Position numbers and translations under genes: made by a program
Part shown: positions 60,243-64,000 of the stretch, piece by piece
Layout: every line of letters starts with the position of its first letter
Position numbering within the stretch: position 1 is the stretch's first letter
Assembly (NCBI GenBank): GCA_001179505.1
Contig: CDMY01000117.1
Span: 124,001-188,000 of the forward strand
Direction: 5' to 3'
Source: Vitrella brassicaformis CCMP3155
Lineage: Eukaryota > Protista > Chromerida
Length of the DNA: 64,000 bases
The notes under the pieces: generated by a model
What the model saw: the letters and a program-made list of their open reading frames with translations, nothing else
What the model was told of the DNA's origin: nothing
Database searches by the model: none

Positions 60243-61819
60243 TATATGATCGAGCGCAATCAGCGGTACTTCAGGTCTTTGAGGTTGTGATAGTTGCGTG
60301 CGCGAGTCCCAAAAGATGATTTGCCGACACACCTCATCCGAGTGCGGGGGGCATCGCCATTTCATGTGACCTCAGGAACAGGATCGAGCACGAGGTCACG
60401 GAGTTGTCCGCGTTGTTTAGGGTGCGGCGCAATAGCGCGGCAGTGGTCAAGTCAGCAGACGAATCGACACATACACACACACTCGCACACGAGAGAGGAC
60501 AAGGAAGGGCGGGAGGGATGAGCGTGTGTCACTTTGTGTATGGATGTGTACGGATGGATGCGGCCTATGCCAGCAGTAGCCGCTGGCATTCATCGGCCGC
60601 TCGTCTCTCGAAACGCTCAGAAAGATGAAGGGAGGCAAAACCAGCTCAACAGAGGACACGTACATACACAAATTCTGACACAATACACGCATCGGCGGAT
60701 AGGCGGATGGACAGAGAGAGGGGTGGGAACTAGCAGATTCACGGTGGGAACCCGCAGATACACTCACCAACACACAGAAAAGGCCGGCAGAGGTCTCGCA
60801 CACACACATACATACACTTCTTTACACACACTTCTTTACCCCTCACACACACACGGACATACACACACATGAATACATGGATAAGACATATATGCATATC
60901 ATATTTATATGGACAACAACACCATATATGGACAACAACATGAGGGAACCTTCACAGGTCCGAATAAACACCACACACCAACTCATCCATCCATCCATCC
61001 AGGAGGCCGCGGACAACGAACGTATGGATGTATCATGCACACACACGAAAGTCAAAACAGCTGCTGCGTGTGCTGCGTGGAGGGCCGGGGGGCTGGGGAG
61101 TGTCTATATAAATCGTCAGCCATTGGCTCACTCACTCAGTAACACAGCTCTCGTCTGCCCTGCCTCCTTCCGCCACTTAGTCAACGGTGCACAACGGCGT
61201 ACGGATGTACGTATATCTATATGTCTGGTGCACTGCCTGTCAGTCTGTCTGTCCGTCCGTCCGTCCGTCCGTCTGTGTGCCCCCAATCAGCACATCAATC
61301 AGGCAAGCAGACAGACGGACAGGCAGTCCAACCCCCCTCACACGCCCAGCCTCTCCTGTCGTTCAAAATGCCGCCTCGCTTAGCAGAGGTTACGGATGTA
61401 TGCATGTATGTATGTATGTGTGTTCACGAATATATGTGTGTCGACACAGCATAACTGCGATAGATGTCTATGTGTTTGTGTCCTCATGTCAAGTCTAGTG
61501 TATGAATGTGTGTGTAGGCTCGTACTATCATCGATTGATCGATCATAAAGCTAGCTGGAGACACCAAGCACCAAACACCAACTCACCAACACAGCCCACC
61601 ACCCACACACCATGTACCACACCAGATCAGCACTGCGTGCCATCCATCCATAAAGAATGTAAGCAACTGGCGCCGGCTGGCCGCTCGAGACACTCACAGC
61701 CAGCCACACACAGAACACATAGCCACACAGACAGACAGACAGACAGAAAAGTACAAAACCTGCCATAATACCGAATACCAAACAACCCTCCACCCCTCCC
61801 CTTCCCCCACTCAATCACG

Positions 61820-64000
61820 TCACGAAGCCAGCCACCGGAAGAGATTGGCAATGCTCGTCATCATCCCCGGCGACCCCTGCCCCTCACCAATACCCCCAGG
61901 ACCCCCTCTCACTGGCTGTGGGATGACAGGGATCGGCCCACACGACATGCCCGGGATGGGCTCGAGTGCGCAGTAGGTGGCGGTGTGTCTGAGGGGGAGG
62001 TGTGGGGGGTCCACTGAGTGCAGGTGGTTGAAGGCGACAAACACCAGAGCGGGATCGTCTGCGTCCGCGAAGGCCGTGAGCTCTCCCTGATGGAAGTGAC
62101 ACACACACACACACACACACAGAGGTGGCTGGATGGATGGCTGAATGGATGCAGTGGCTTACCCGGACAAGCTGTTCTGGTCTTGTGGGGTTCTGCAGGA
62201 TGACGGTCACGGGCTGCGGTGGGTGTCTGAAAGCCGCGTCGCTCTTGATGTGGCCGATCGCCCATGCGTTGAGTAAGGTGGACAGCGGCATACCTGCACA
62301 CACACACACACGCTTTGTCTCTACGTCTGTCTCTCTCTGTGTGCTCATCAGTCAGCGCACCTTCCAGCGTCCGTGCGGTCCAGCTGTTGAGCAACGTGGA
62401 ACTTTCGACGATCATGTCCTCCTGTGTGTCGGCGACGATTGTGGCGTCGACGGTGGCCTCCAGCACTCGGGAGAGGATGCCAACTCGGTGCTCCAGGGAC
62501 GCCTTCTCTCTCTTTCGCTCCGTCACATCCTGCAAAAACACCAAGTGTCGTCAAACAGAGGGTGGAGGAGAATTCACAAATCGCATACACGAGACGGTTC
62601 TTCATCGCATAGGTAATGACCGATGACCTTCTCTCTCTCTCTCCCTCTCTCTAGGTGGGGTCATCGCATCGGCTGCGCACCGCACCTGGATGTAGCCGTA
62701 TATGATGGTCGACGTGGGCGAGGCCCGTCTGCCTCCCGCTTGGAAGAACCGAATCTCGCCGTCAGACCTTTCGTAGCGGATCTGACACAGGCACAGCCAC
62801 AGCCACACCCACCCACACACTCGTCGTTGCTCCTGCCCTTCTCTGTTCGGTCGCGTACATTCATGTCGTAGGGCTCCCCCTGGTCGACGCACTTGACGAT
62901 CGCCCTTTCGATTCTGCCGCGGTCGTTGGGGTGCACGTGCTGCGTCCAGAAGCCCCGCAGCCGCTCGTCCGTCAGGACTATGTCGCCGGCATTCTTGTCG
63001 TCGCCACCAGCACCGATAGGCAGGCTGACAACCACACACACGACATGGACATCCAGCCACTCGCGCCTCGCTCGCTCGCTCGCTCGCTCGCTCCCTCTAT
63101 ATGTGGGCTCACGCACTCGAAGTCCATCGGCAGAACGATCCCCTCCAGTGTGGAATCGTCCGTCGCGTTCTCGCCGCCATGGTGATCCCCCCCTCCCCCG
63201 GCAGACCGCACCGAGCGCTTCTCCTTCGACCCCGCACTCTTCGCCGACCCGCCGCCCATCTCGCTATCCACCTTTCCATCATCGACTATCCCTTTCGGCT
63301 GCAGCGGCGCCGGGCTCGGCCGCGGCGGCGTCGGCTGATCCGACGTGACCGTCGCCACCATGGACGAGCCCGCCTTGGTGGTCGGCGTGCGCGTCGCCGG
63401 TGTGGCGTAGGATGACGGTGCAGCAGGGTGGATGGGCGGCTTTGACGCGTGGGCGCGGTAGATGTGCAGCGCGCCGACAGAAAGGCCGACATTGACGCTA
63501 GCAGGGGCTGATGCCTCGCTGGGTGCGAGGGCGGGGGCGACGGGGCCGTCGAGAAGGCGCGCGTAGGGGACCCTGCCGGTGGGCTGTCTGGATGCGCGGC
63601 CCGTGAGGCCCTCGATGACGCGGGTCTGGTAGAAATGGGTCTCCATGGGGCCCGAGGCGTCCCACTCCCTGCAGGGCACACACACGGATGGGCATAGACA
63701 ACAAGGGGCATATATAATGGGTTGATTGGCTGCGTACCAGGCGGCGATGTCGACCATGAAGGCGAAGTTCTCGAGCAGTCGGCGGCGCTGGCCCTTCTCG
63801 CGGGCAACCTGCACACACGCAACACCCATACAGACACGTGTGTGTGCGGGCGGGCATTTGGCTTCTACCTAGTCGTCTGACCCGGTTAGTGTTGAAGACC
63901 GTGGATCTGTAGAACAGCTCGAAGTGGCGGCTGGCGACCAGCAACAGCAGACCCACCACTAAACACACGCCAAGGACACATACAGAGAGAGAGGGAGCCG
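61820..64000 (-). CDS. Paralogous membrane PAS-PAS protein (copy B); 5' part lies beyond the window end
   Basis: Exons near-identical to copy A (VAREKGQRRRLLENFAF, WTQHVHPNDR, DVTERK, MMTSIANLFRWLAS*). Confidence 0.85.

Larger units (their letters stand above)
54610..64000. repeat. Direct tandem duplication with a unit of about 6 kb: ~54610-57900 matches ~60630-64000
   Basis: Exons, introns and about 1.1 kb of 3' flank are colinear; for example ggcaaaaccagct(g/c)aacagaggacacgtacatac occurs in both copies. Confidence 0.92.

Noticed and set aside
59652-60365. Short ORFs in the foldback arms (..IRNLLERTFSR..) as paired mini-genes
   Set aside because: Their similarity follows from the DNA inverted repeat, one arm has an in-frame stop, and there is no recognisable domain.
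17-63968. Hundreds of short overlapping ORFs rich in CVCV, HTHT, RERE or X
   Set aside because: These are translations of intronic microsatellites, antisense frames of GC-rich exons, or N runs.

Overview
This is a GC-rich, intron-dense eukaryotic window with about 20 multi-exon protein genes, microsatellite-filled introns and eight assembly gaps of exactly 300 N. The sequence style and gene content (Plasmodium-like ADA, BTB-TLDc protein) suggest a chromerid alveolate such as Vitrella; that is an inference. Most long six-frame ORFs are intron read-through, so I built gene models by hand from GT/GC-AG splice sites; internal exon boundaries are approximate. Recognisable genes: double zf-MYND protein, TMEM184/OSTalpha-like transporter, secreted GH1 glucosidase, divergent SMC, RNI-type LRR protein, PPR-like protein with Smr domain, ATP23, USP7-like deubiquitinase, enoyl-CoA isomerase, NUDT1/MTH1, ADA (apparent frameshift), SDA1, BTB-TLDc and a tandemly duplicated membrane PAS-PAS protein. 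Top leads: (1) a 104-aa protein with Asn at exactly every ninth residue and a myristoylation-type N-terminus; (2) introns with complementary AC/AG repeats at the 5' end and CT/GT repeats at the 3' end; (3) a putative plastid-targeted PPR-SMR protein; (4) a USP7-like enzyme with LRRs in place of UBL domains; (5) an SMC with an LSMGQ signature motif; (6) a ~480-bp foldback between the duplicated sensor genes. No rRNA, complete tRNA, CRISPR array or transposase was seen.
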